The notes under the pieces are model-generated. The model saw only the letters and a list, made by a program, of their open reading frames with translations. It did not search any database and was not told the origin of the DNA. Shown here in pieces: positions 21,424 to 30,372 of a stretch of 64,000 nt of DNA (positions within the stretch are counted from its first letter, which is position 1; each line of letters opens with the position of its first letter). The stretch lies in NCBI GenBank assembly GCA_049852185.1, contig CP187540.1. One strand, written 5' to 3'. The position numbers and the translations under genes were made by a program. This DNA comes from Methanocaldococcus sp. 28A (GTDB lineage Archaea > AGJL01 > Methanococci > Methanococcales > Methanocaldococcaceae).

Positions 21424-22143
21424 ATGAATATCTTAGTTTTTGATATTTGGTCTGATTATGGGCATTTTAAAAAAATTTATACTACAACAAGCCCCCTAAC
21501 TTATGACATAATCCCAAAAACCTCAATTTATGGGTTTTTGGGAGCAATGTTGGGATTTAGTAGAGATGAATATTTAAAATATTTAAATGGGAATACTACA
21601 AAAATTGCCTTAAGAATTTTAAATCCAATAAAAAAGACATATTTTGGATTAAATCTTATTAATACTAAAGGAAATTACTTTATTCCAATAAAAAAGAAAG
21701 GTCATGAGCCAAGAACACAGATAAGATTTGAGTTATTAAAAAATCCAAAATATAGGCTTTATGTTAATATAAGTGATAGCAAAATATACAACAATTTAAA
21801 AAAACTCTTAAAGGAGCATAAAACAATTTATACCCCATATCTTGGACTTTCAGAATTAATAGCAAATTTTAAGTTTATTGGAGAATTTGAGACTGTAATG
21901 GAAAAATCTGATGATTTTATTGAGATTAATTCAGTTGTTAGGAGAGATTATATTGAAAATATTGATTTCAACTTTGAAAGAGAATATAGATTTGAAAAGA
22001 TTCCAAATGATATAAATGAGAAAAGAATTACAACAGAATATGTTGATGTTTTTTATGAAAAAAATGGATATAGCATAAAATGTAAGTTAAGAGAAGAATA
22101 TTGGAAAGTTTTAGAATTAGATGAAAATATTGTTTTTATATAA
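21424..22143 (+). CDS. cas5: Type I-B Cas5
   Basis: VFDIWSDYGHFKK, SPLTY...IYGFLGAMLG, YTPYLGLSELIA. Confidence 0.95.
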   Translation: MNILVFDIWSDYGHFKKIYTTTSPLTYDIIPKTSIYGFLGAMLGFSRDEYLKYLNGNTTKIALRILNPIKKTYFGLNLINTKGNYFIPIKKKGHEPRTQIRFELLKNPKYRLYVNISDSKIYNNLKKLLKEHKTIYTPYLGLSELIANFKFIGEFETVMEKSDDFIEINSVVRRDYIENIDFNFEREYRFEKIPNDINEKRITTEYVDVFYEKNGYSIKCKLREEYWKVLELDENIVFI

Positions 22144-22226
22144 TTTAGAACTTTTTATTTGTTTATTCTCTCTTTTAGCTCTATTTTAATCCAATTATCT
22201 TAATAAAAAGAAGATTCTATCTTTAT

Positions 22227-23248
22227 TGTTATATCCTTATTTTAATGGACTAACGATTCAAACACAAGTAGTAGATTATTATGATGTTGAGTGGGCAAGG
22301 TTTCCATCCTTGTTTTAATGGACTAACGATTCAAACTTGTGAAAGAACAGTTGATGTTATTGAATATGTTGCAAAGAATAAGCGTTTCCATCCTTATTTT
22401 AATGGACTAACGATTCAAACCACATCCAGCAACCTAATATCGTAAAAACAGCAACCTAGTTTCCATCCTTGTTTTAATGGACTAACGATTCAAACTTTAT
22501 GCGTATCTTTCGAAAATACGAAAGAATTACATGTTTCCATCCTTGTTTTAATGGACTAACGATTCAAACAAATAAAAATTTCGAGGTGGTTGGAGTGAAA
22601 TTTGAGTTTCCATCCTTGTTTTAATGGACTAACGATTCAAACAGGAGGTGGTGTTATGGAGATAGTAATAGAATTTTTGTTTCCATCCTTGTTTTAATGG
22701 ACTAACGATTCAAACATTTCGAACTTATTCCATCCTATTTTTTGTATCTGGTTTCCATCCTTGTTTTAATGGACTAACGATTCAAACGAGATTATATTTA
22801 GATGATATAATGATTTTCGACTACGATTTAGATAGTGAGTTTCCATCCTTGTTTTAATGGACTAACGATTCAAACATGAAATAGAGATTTTCGACTATGA
22901 TGATGATTGCGAGTTTCCATCCTTGTTTTAATGGACTAACGATTCAAACCTCTTTTTTTGATGAAGAAAGTTTATTATCTTATTGTTTCCATCCTTGTTT
23001 TAATGGACTAACGATTCAAACTGTGTGAGATTGGAAAAAGTGAAAATGATGAATTTGGTTTCCATCCTTGTTTTAATGGACTAACGATTCAAACCATGTA
23101 GTACGTATTGAAATAGGTTATAGATGTTAGTTTCCATCCTTGTTTTAATGGACTAACGATTCAAACGTAAAAAATAAAAATAAAAAAAGAGAGGTGAGAG
23201 GTATATGAAAGGTTTCCATCCTTGTTTTAATGGACTAACGATTCAAAC
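22227..23248 (-). CRISPR. CRISPR array 2: 14 repeats, 13 spacers (35-51 nt)
   Basis: Same 37-nt repeat; degenerate trailer repeat at 22227; G>A variant in the repeats at 22227 and 22384. Confidence 0.98.
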
Positions 23249-23618
23249 CCTACCAACTATTACTTATCTAATACACAAACTCCTATATAAATCTTTCTTT
23301 TTAACATCGATTTTTCTGACTGCCCAATTATTGAAACATTTATAAAAGTAAGAAAGATTGTGCAAACTCTTTATAAATAAAATGCACAACCATAGACAAA
23401 AATCTCAATAATTAGTAGAGATTTTATATAGTTTAAAACTAATCCAAACTTAAATACATAAAAATAAAATCAAATAAATTAAATATTGGAAAAGTAAAGA
23501 TTTCTCATTGAGAAAATTAGTAATACTTTTTATCAATTTTCTAGTACCAAAATTAAGGCAAGGGTATATAAAAGCAAGAAAGTAAAATTAAAAAATCTAA
23601 TATACACATTAAAAAATC
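23249..23618 (-). promoter_or_regulatory. CRISPR leader 2 (paralogous copy of leader 1)
   Basis: Near-identical proximal ~140 bp and distal block; TATA at 23284-23291. Confidence 0.88.
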
Positions 23619-23681
23619 CAATAACAAAAAACTAAATACAATAATATAATAATATAAAAAACATTTGCTAAAGGTGATATT

Positions 23682-25961
23682 ATGCTTCTATCTCATCCAA
23701 ATTATCCTCTAAGAAGCCATCTGATTAATACAAAAAATAGAGCGTTGGAGAAATACAAACCTCCAAAATTAAAATATTTTGAAGGAGAAATAATAAGAGA
23801 AATTTTAAAAATCATAACATTATCACACGATTTTGGAAAATCAACGATTTACTTTCAAAAATACATTAGAGGAGAAAAAGTCAAAAATTCTTTAAAAAAA
23901 CATTCCACAATTTCATTTTTATTAACAAACTATGTAATTGAAGAGTTTCTAAAGTATTACAACATAAAAAATAATTATTATCAACTATTTTCTTTGTGTG
24001 TTAAAAATCACCACTCTTTTATAAGCAATCCAATACACGACTTAGGTAGTGTAGAGGAAAATAAAGACATACTAAAAGAGCAGTTTAACTCATTGGATAT
24101 TGATTTTATAAACAATATTTTAAAAGAAAATAATTTACCAGTAATTGAAGATGACTTTTCTAATATCTTAGAAAAATTTTATAATTTGGAGGATATTTAT
24201 GAAGATTTGTATGATGAAAATAATGAGCTAAAATATGAGTTCTATTTACTCTACTTATATTTATTTTCGTTGTTAATATGTTCTGATAAAGAAGATGCAA
24301 TATTTAAAGGTAGAAATGCAAAAAGCAATCCAACACTACCATATAGCATAGAAAATTATATCAAAAATCTCCCAAAGAAAAATGACATTGACTATCTAAG
24401 AACAAAAATGTTTCTTGAAGTAAATAAAAAGGTCGATGAAATTGATTTGAATCATAGAATTTACTCTTTAAATGCTCCAACTGGAATGGGAAAAACTTTA
24501 ACTATCTTCAATTTTGCATTAAAATTGGCTAATAGAATCAAAAGAGAAAAAGGCATTAACATGAGAATAATTTATTGCCTGCCATTTTTAAGTATTATAG
24601 ACCAAAATTATGCAGTTTTAGAAAAAGTATTAGAAAAAACTTTAAAAAATCAGATAACTTCAGATATTCTTTTAAAACATCACCACTTATCAGATATTTC
24701 TTATAAAATAGAGGAGGAAGAAGTAGATGTTGATAAATCTCTCCATTTAATAGAAACATGGAACTCAAAAATAATAACTACAACTTTTATACAGCTTTTT
24801 TATAGCATATTCTCTAACAAAAACAAAAATTTAAAAAAATTTTATGCGTTAAGCAATTCAATAATTATCTTAGATGAAATCCAAGCAATTCCTTATAAGT
24901 ATTGGCATGCTATAAATAAAATCTTCAAATTTTTGGCTGAAGAATACAACATTTACTTTATATTATGCACAGCAACACTACCAATGATTTTTGAAAATAC
25001 TATAGAGCTTTTAGATAATAAAGAAGAATACTTCAACAAAATGAATAGAACAAAATTAAAAATTCACAAAAATGAGATGAATTTAGATGAGTTCATTGAT
25101 ATAATTAGCGAGGATATAGAAAACAACCCAGACAATGATTATCTCATTGTTTTAAATACAATAAAATCATCAAAAGATGTTTATAATGCATTAAAAGAAA
25201 TGGATTTGGATGGAGATTTTTACTACTTATCAACAAACATCTATCCAAAAGAGAGATTAAATAGGATTAAAGAAATTAACAAAAATAAGAATAGGAAGAT
25301 TATTGTTTCAACTCAATTAATTGAGGCTGGAGTTGATATAAGCGTTGATGTGATTTACAGAGATATTGCTCCTCTAGATGCTATAAATCAAACTGCTGGG
25401 AGATGTAATAGACATAATGAAGGTAGAAGAGGAATAGTAAATATTGTTAAGTTAGTGGATGATAAAGGAAGGAAATATGCTTCTTACATTTATGAAAAGC
25501 ATCTTATAACTAAGACAGAGGAATTGTTAAATAAGTATGATGTCATTGATGAAAGAGAATTTTTAAAATTAAATAACAAATATTTCAAAAAATTGGGGAA
25601 TTATAAGGATAAATCAAAAGAAATCTTAAAAATAATTGAGAACTTTGAATATGATGAAATTAATAATAAATTTAAGCTAATTGAAAATCCTCCATCTATT
25701 GACTTGTTTGTTTGTGTTGAAGATGAAGCAGAAAAGGTTTGGGAAGAATATGAAACTATAATGGAAATAAAAAATATTTATGAAAGAAGAAAAAAATTTT
25801 TAGAGATAAAAAAGAAGTTTTATGGGTATGTTATAAGTGTTCCTGAGTATATTATAAAAGGAAAGGATATTTTATTTAATCATCTGGATAAAATTGATGA
25901 AAAATATTATGACAGAGAGACTGGTTTTAAGATTGTTGAAGATAATACACTAATACTATAA
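23682..25961 (+). CDS. cas3: Cas3 HD nuclease-helicase
   Basis: HDFGK, APTGMGKT, IILDEIQ, STQLIEAGVD, QTAGRCNR. Confidence 0.97.
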   Translation: MLLSHPNYPLRSHLINTKNRALEKYKPPKLKYFEGEIIREILKIITLSHDFGKSTIYFQKYIRGEKVKNSLKKHSTISFLLTNYVIEEFLKYYNIKNNYYQLFSLCVKNHHSFISNPIHDLGSVEENKDILKEQFNSLDIDFINNILKENNLPVIEDDFSNILEKFYNLEDIYEDLYDENNELKYEFYLLYLYLFSLLICSDKEDAIFKGRNAKSNPTLPYSIENYIKNLPKKNDIDYLRTKMFLEVNKKVDEIDLNHRIYSLNAPTGMGKTLTIFNFALKLANRIKREKGINMRIIYCLPFLSIIDQNYAVLEKVLEKTLKNQITSDILLKHHHLSDISYKIEEEEVDVDKSLHLIETWNSKIITTTFIQLFYSIFSNKNKNLKKFYALSNSIIILDEIQAIPYKYWHAINKIFKFLAEEYNIYFILCTATLPMIFENTIELLDNKEEYFNKMNRTKLKIHKNEMNLDEFIDIISEDIENNPDNDYLIVLNTIKSSKDVYNALKEMDLDGDFYYLSTNIYPKERLNRIKEINKNKNRKIIVSTQLIEAGVDISVDVIYRDIAPLDAINQTAGRCNRHNEGRRGIVNIVKLVDDKGRKYASYIYEKHLITKTEELLNKYDVIDEREFLKLNNKYFKKLGNYKDKSKEILKIIENFEYDEINNKFKLIENPPSIDLFVCVEDEAEKVWEEYETIMEIKNIYERRKKFLEIKKKFYGYVISVPEYIIKGKDILFNHLDKIDEKYYDRETGFKIVEDNTLIL

Positions 25962-25984
25962 TACAATAAATATAACAAAAAACT

Positions 25985-27307
25985 TTAGATAATTATATTT
26001 TTCCAAGGCATTTTATCTATTTTCCCTAAGTATTTATCCAATAACTTATCTTTTTTTAATGCACTAATTAAGTTTGTTGGATTTTTTGAGACCTCTAAAT
26101 ATTTACTAAGCTTTTCATCTCCTCTTGCTAATACACACTGACAAATCATAGAATTAAAGTTCTCATACTCCACTTTAATCCCTTCTTTTTTTAGATTCTT
26201 TTCAATATACTTAATTTTTTTCTTAGATGATAAATCAAACTCCTCTACATCAAAATCTGTATGTGGCTTAGGAATCATAGGATTTATAGAAATTTCCACT
26301 TTTCTAATTTCTCTTTTTATCTTCTTTGTTAAATCTATGAGCTCTTCAATATCTTCCTCTGTTTCTGTTGGAATACCAACCATAAAATAGAGTTTAATTT
26401 TCTCAACATTAAATTTCTTAGCTAAATCAACTGCGTTAAATATATCTCCATCTTTAATATCTTTTTTTATAAATTCTCTCAGCCTTTCACTTCCAGCTTC
26501 TGGAGCTATTGTTAATGTTTTTGGTTTCAAAATTTTCATTAGATCTTCATTTAAAGTATCTGCCCTTAAAGAAGAAGGGGATATTTGAACTCCCAAATCG
26601 TCCAAAAAATTACAGAGTTCAACTATATATTTATAATCTCCAACTGATGGAGCTATTAATGCCACTTTATTGACTTTATTAACTTTAATTCCTTCTTCAG
26701 CCAAGTATTCCAAATCGCTGAGCTTTCTAAACCTTGGTGGATAATATATAGCTCTTGCTAAGCAAAATCTACATCTTCTTGGACAACCTCTTCCAAGCTC
26801 TAACAAAAATGATTTTCCATAAGCTCCTTCTTCAGAAGTTGGCTGATATATTGGATAATCATCTATGGTTAATTTTTTTGGATATATCCTTTTAACTTTA
26901 TCCTTTTTCAAAAATTTTGAATAAACTCCTTCAACATCAAACTCTCTATTTATAACTTTTAGCATCACATCGCTATTTTCAATCTCTCCAACTATAACTG
27001 CATCAAAAAATTCAGCTATAGGATAAAAGTTTTCCATTACACAAGGCCCTCCAGCAACAAAAACAGCGTTTGGATTAGTTTTTCTTAAATCTTTAACTAT
27101 TTTTATTGCATTAAAGTAATCATTTTCATACTGCAAAGTTATAAAAATTGCATCAAAATTTCTTATCCTTTCATAATTCTCCAAAAAATAAACTCCTACA
27201 TTTAAATCTTTATACTTACTTAGATGATTAGCTAATACATGCACAGCTAAGCAAGAAATTCCAGCTTTAAATTTGTTTGGATATATTACAGCAATATTTT
27301 TTATCAT
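25985..27307 (-). CDS. B12-binding-domain radical SAM protein
   Basis: AGGP, RGCPRRCRFC, TIAPEAGSERLR. Confidence 0.88.
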   Translation of the reverse strand: MIKNIAVIYPNKFKAGISCLAVHVLANHLSKYKDLNVGVYFLENYERIRNFDAIFITLQYENDYFNAIKIVKDLRKTNPNAVFVAGGPCVMENFYPIAEFFDAVIVGEIENSDVMLKVINREFDVEGVYSKFLKKDKVKRIYPKKLTIDDYPIYQPTSEEGAYGKSFLLELGRGCPRRCRFCLARAIYYPPRFRKLSDLEYLAEEGIKVNKVNKVALIAPSVGDYKYIVELCNFLDDLGVQISPSSLRADTLNEDLMKILKPKTLTIAPEAGSERLREFIKKDIKDGDIFNAVDLAKKFNVEKIKLYFMVGIPTETEEDIEELIDLTKKIKREIRKVEISINPMIPKPHTDFDVEEFDLSSKKKIKYIEKNLKKEGIKVEYENFNSMICQCVLARGDEKLSKYLEVSKNPTNLISALKKDKLLDKYLGKIDKMPWKNIII

Positions 27308-27333
27308 TTATATCACAAAAATAATAATATTTT

Positions 27334-28059
27334 TTATTTATCTAAGACATTAACAACATCTCCAACAACGATAACTCCCGGAGGTCTTGCATTTTCTTTT
27401 TTTGCTTTTTCAACAATATCTCCCAAAGTCCCTTTAATAACTTTTTGATTTTTCGTAGTTCCTTCCATTATAATTGCTACAGGAGTATCTTTGCTTCTTT
27501 TAGGATTTTGCAACAACTCTTTAACTAAATTTTCTAAATTAGTTATTCCCATTAAGATTACAATAGTATCTGCATTCAACTTGCTTAAATCAACCTGTTT
27601 CTCTTTTTTATCCTCTGCCTCATGCCCAGTAACTACTGTAAATGAAGTAGCAACTTTTCTATGAGTAACGGGAATTTCAGCAACTTCTGGAACTGCTATA
27701 GCTGATGTAATTCCTGGGATGATATCATAAGGTATATTGTGCTTCTTTAATTCCAAAATCTCCTCTCCTCCTCTACCAAAAACAAATGGGTCTCCTCCTT
27801 TGAGCCTAACAACTAACTTCCCTTCTTTAGCTTTTTCAACTAATATTTTATTAATCTCTTCCTGTTTAAATGAATGTTTTCCCTTCCTTTTACCAACATA
27901 AATCAATTCAACATCTTTTTTAGCACAATTTAATAAATCTTTTGATATTAAATCATCATAAACAATAACATCCGCCTCTTTTATTGCTTTTAAACCTTTT
28001 ATTGTTATCAGCTCTGGGTCTCCTGGTCCAGCTCCTACTAAGATAACTTTGCCTGTCAT
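27334..28059 (-). CDS. cobA: Uroporphyrinogen-III C-methyltransferase
   Basis: VGAGPGDPELIT, RLKGGDPFVFGRGGEE. Confidence 0.96.
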   Translation of the reverse strand: MTGKVILVGAGPGDPELITIKGLKAIKEADVIVYDDLISKDLLNCAKKDVELIYVGKRKGKHSFKQEEINKILVEKAKEGKLVVRLKGGDPFVFGRGGEEILELKKHNIPYDIIPGITSAIAVPEVAEIPVTHRKVATSFTVVTGHEAEDKKEKQVDLSKLNADTIVILMGITNLENLVKELLQNPKRSKDTPVAIIMEGTTKNQKVIKGTLGDIVEKAKKENARPPGVIVVGDVVNVLDK

Positions 28060-28442
28060 TCTTTCACCATACTATTTTTTGCCTTTAATTTTTCTTCTAA
28101 TTTCTTTTTTCTTCTCTCTTTCTTTTCTCTAATCATTGGAATTCTATATATTGCCCCACAATCTAAGCATGTTATAACAACGTGAGGATACCTCTTACTT
28201 TTAACTCTAACTCTTGCATTCTTTCCATATAATAAAAAAGTTCCACATTTCTTGCAAATTCTTCTTTTCCATTTTTTAGGAAATTTTATTCTCATCTTCA
28301 TAGCTATTCTTCTTGCTAAATAAACATATCTCTTAGCTCTATCCCAATTTCCTTTTTTTGCCTCTTCTTCAGCTAAGCTCATTAATATGTCAATTCTTTC
28401 ATAAGCAATCTTCTTTATTTTTTTTTCTAAGAACTTTTTCAT
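28056..28442 (-). CDS. rnp4: RNase P protein component 4 (Rpp21)
   Basis: IAYERIDIL, CKKC...ITCLDCG...RIP. Confidence 0.93.
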   Translation of the reverse strand: MKKFLEKKIKKIAYERIDILMSLAEEEAKKGNWDRAKRYVYLARRIAMKMRIKFPKKWKRRICKKCGTFLLYGKNARVRVKSKRYPHVVITCLDCGAIYRIPMIREKKERRKKKLEEKLKAKNSMVKE

Positions 28443-28543
28443 GATTTCACATTAAAATAATCTCTTTATAGCATTCCAAACTAAAAAGGATTGAGGTTTT
28501 AAAATCCTTCTCTGTGGATTTAAAAATAATATGTTTTTCTTGA

Positions 28544-29425
28544 CTAAATAAATATAAACTGGTGTGGTAATATTATTTCTTCTTTTTTAATTTCTATAGT
28601 TTTATCTCCAATTTCTACCTTTGGGTTTGAATAATATAAAACCTCTAAAAACATATCCAATTTTGCTATTTCATCATTTAGCATTGACTCTAAGATATTC
28701 CCTAAATTTTCATATCTTAAGCTGTTAATAACTGTTTTTATTAGTATTGGTTCTCCCCCAACATAGCTATATATTAACTCTTTTTCATCATTAGATAGTT
28801 TTTTATTTAAAATCTCCTGAGCTAAGAAATCCATAAACTTTAAAGCTTTATCTCTCTCAAAATCATCTACTAAAATATAAATAGTTGTGTGCAAAATAAA
28901 ATAAACTTTAAAAAGGAAATTTTGAAGGCCTTCCTTAAAGAAGGCATTCATTAATACCTTATTTTATTTAAGATAGTTTTGCACACAACTATAAGCATTG
29001 CTTCATTATATACCTTCTCTATAAATAAACTATCAGAACTTAAACAAAACTTTAGGTAAATCGACAAAAGAATCTGTTAATTTTCATCTCTCCAATTTTT
29101 TGCAGTTCATCAATAATAATTATTAGTTGTCTTCCTTCTCTTTTTATTTCTAATAATACATTGGTTATATACCTAAAAACATTTTTACTTGTTTTTTTCT
29201 TAAAAATCTCATTTATGGTATTTTTTGGTATGGGAATACTATATAAAGACGGTAAATCATTAATAACAGCTTTGATTACTTCTAATGGACTTTCATCACT
29301 CTCATACTCTTCAAACAACACTTCAATGAAATCCTCATATTTAGAGATAAAAATCCCTCTAAGATTTATATAAAAAACCACATACTTATTTTTATCCAAC
29401 CTATTGTTAATTATTTCATTAATTA
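28544..29425 (-). pseudogene. Archaeal ATPase pseudogene lacking N-terminus, interrupted by a family B element
   Basis: INEIINNRLDKNKYVVFYINLR, Walker B IIIIDELQKIG, YILVDDF, VGGEP; frameshifts/stops; fragments 29052-29399 and 28544-28880. Confidence 0.85.
28881..28993. mobile_element. Family B element inside the ATPase pseudogene
   Basis: ATAGTTGTGTGCAAAA ... TTTTGCACACAACTAT; central hairpin. Confidence 0.88.
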
Positions 29426-29480
29426 TGGCATCAAAAATACCTTATTAATAATTAATATTAATACCTGTGAAAGTCCTATA
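29426..29480. repeat. Half family A element
   Basis: TGGCATCAAAAATACCTTA ... CCTGTGAAAGTCCTATA. Confidence 0.7.
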
Positions 29481-29495
29481 TAAAATAATTACGTT

Positions 29496-29903
29496 GTGAT
29501 GCGTATGAATGACATAGAAAAAATTATAAAAGGGATAATAAAAGATATGAATCCAAGATTTAAAAGAAAAACATTGAAAGATTTGTTAAATGAAGAGAAA
29601 CCCCATATAATAATTAATGGTAAGAGGCATAGAATAAAGAGAAGAGAGCTCGAGTTTTTAAAAGAAATTGCAAACGAAGATTTAAAACTTCCTATTGTTT
29701 TGGAAGTAGATTCCTCTTTGGGAGGGGCAATAAAGGTTAGTGGAAAAGAAGAGGTTAAAGTTATTTCAAAAATATTAGGTAGAGAAATAGATATCTTCTC
29801 AGATAAGGATGTTATGTATATATACAAACCAGAACTAAAAATTGTTAGAAAGGAATTACCTACAACTACTCAACTTATATTTAAATTATCTTTATATGAT
29901 TAA
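29496..29903 (+). CDS. DUF61/UPF0216 family protein
   Basis: RKTLKDLLNEEKPHI, HRIKRRELE, LPTTTQ. Confidence 0.8.
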   Translation: MMRMNDIEKIIKGIIKDMNPRFKRKTLKDLLNEEKPHIIINGKRHRIKRRELEFLKEIANEDLKLPIVLEVDSSLGGAIKVSGKEEVKVISKILGREIDIFSDKDVMYIYKPELKIVRKELPTTTQLIFKLSLYD

Positions 29904-29915
29904 AATGTGATAGCT

Positions 29916-30086
29916 ATGAAAAGAAAAAAATACTATGGAAAGGACCCAATAAAAAAGCTTTTAAATGACCCCGATAAGAGAGAAAAAATTTTTAAATTTT
30001 TATTTATTCTAAACATATGGGTTTGGTTAGCATTTATTATCGGGTCAGTAATATTTATAATTTTAATAATAAAATATTATTGGTGA
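29916..30086 (+). CDS. Small membrane protein (56 aa), absent from the ORF track
   Basis: MKRKKYYGKDPIKKLLNDPDKREKIFKFLFILNIWVWLAFIIGSVIFIILIIKYYW; fills the operon gap. Confidence 0.7.
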   Translation: MKRKKYYGKDPIKKLLNDPDKREKIFKFLFILNIWVWLAFIIGSVIFIILIIKYYW

Positions 30087-30087
30087 T

Positions 30088-30372
30088 ATGATGAACACAT
30101 TGGTTTGGTTGTTTGCAATTGTTGCCTTAAGTTTTTCAGCATTGGTAGGTTTAAGATTAGCTTTTAAAAAAGGAACTTCTAATGTTTTAATAGGTGAATC
30201 TTTGATAACTGTTGTTATTGGGACTTTAATAGTTGTTATTTCACAAAAATATAATATAGCGTTTGCTAATACTATCGCTTTATCTATCTTTATATGTGGA
30301 GTTGTTGGAACTTTAGCATTTTGTAAGGTAATAGGGGGTAATAATGAATCAAAAGCAAAACAGTCAAATTAA
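30088..30372 (+). CDS. Small 3-TM membrane protein (MnhF/Ehb-subunit-like)
   Basis: Three hydrophobic helices, GVVGTLAFCK. Confidence 0.6.
   Translation: MMNTLVWLFAIVALSFSALVGLRLAFKKGTSNVLIGESLITVVIGTLIVVISQKYNIAFANTIALSIFICGVVGTLAFCKVIGGNNESKAKQSN

Noticed and set aside
22716-22750. Spacer containing TTCCATCCT, resembling the CRISPR repeat
   Set aside because: 9-nt match, explained by coding sequence (IGWNK) on the minus strand
28544-28951. ORFs starting MNAFFKEG (28951) and MNAFQKEG (55568) that look like a shared N-terminal peptide
   Set aside because: Both starts lie within family B repeats, so the similarity is repeat-derived
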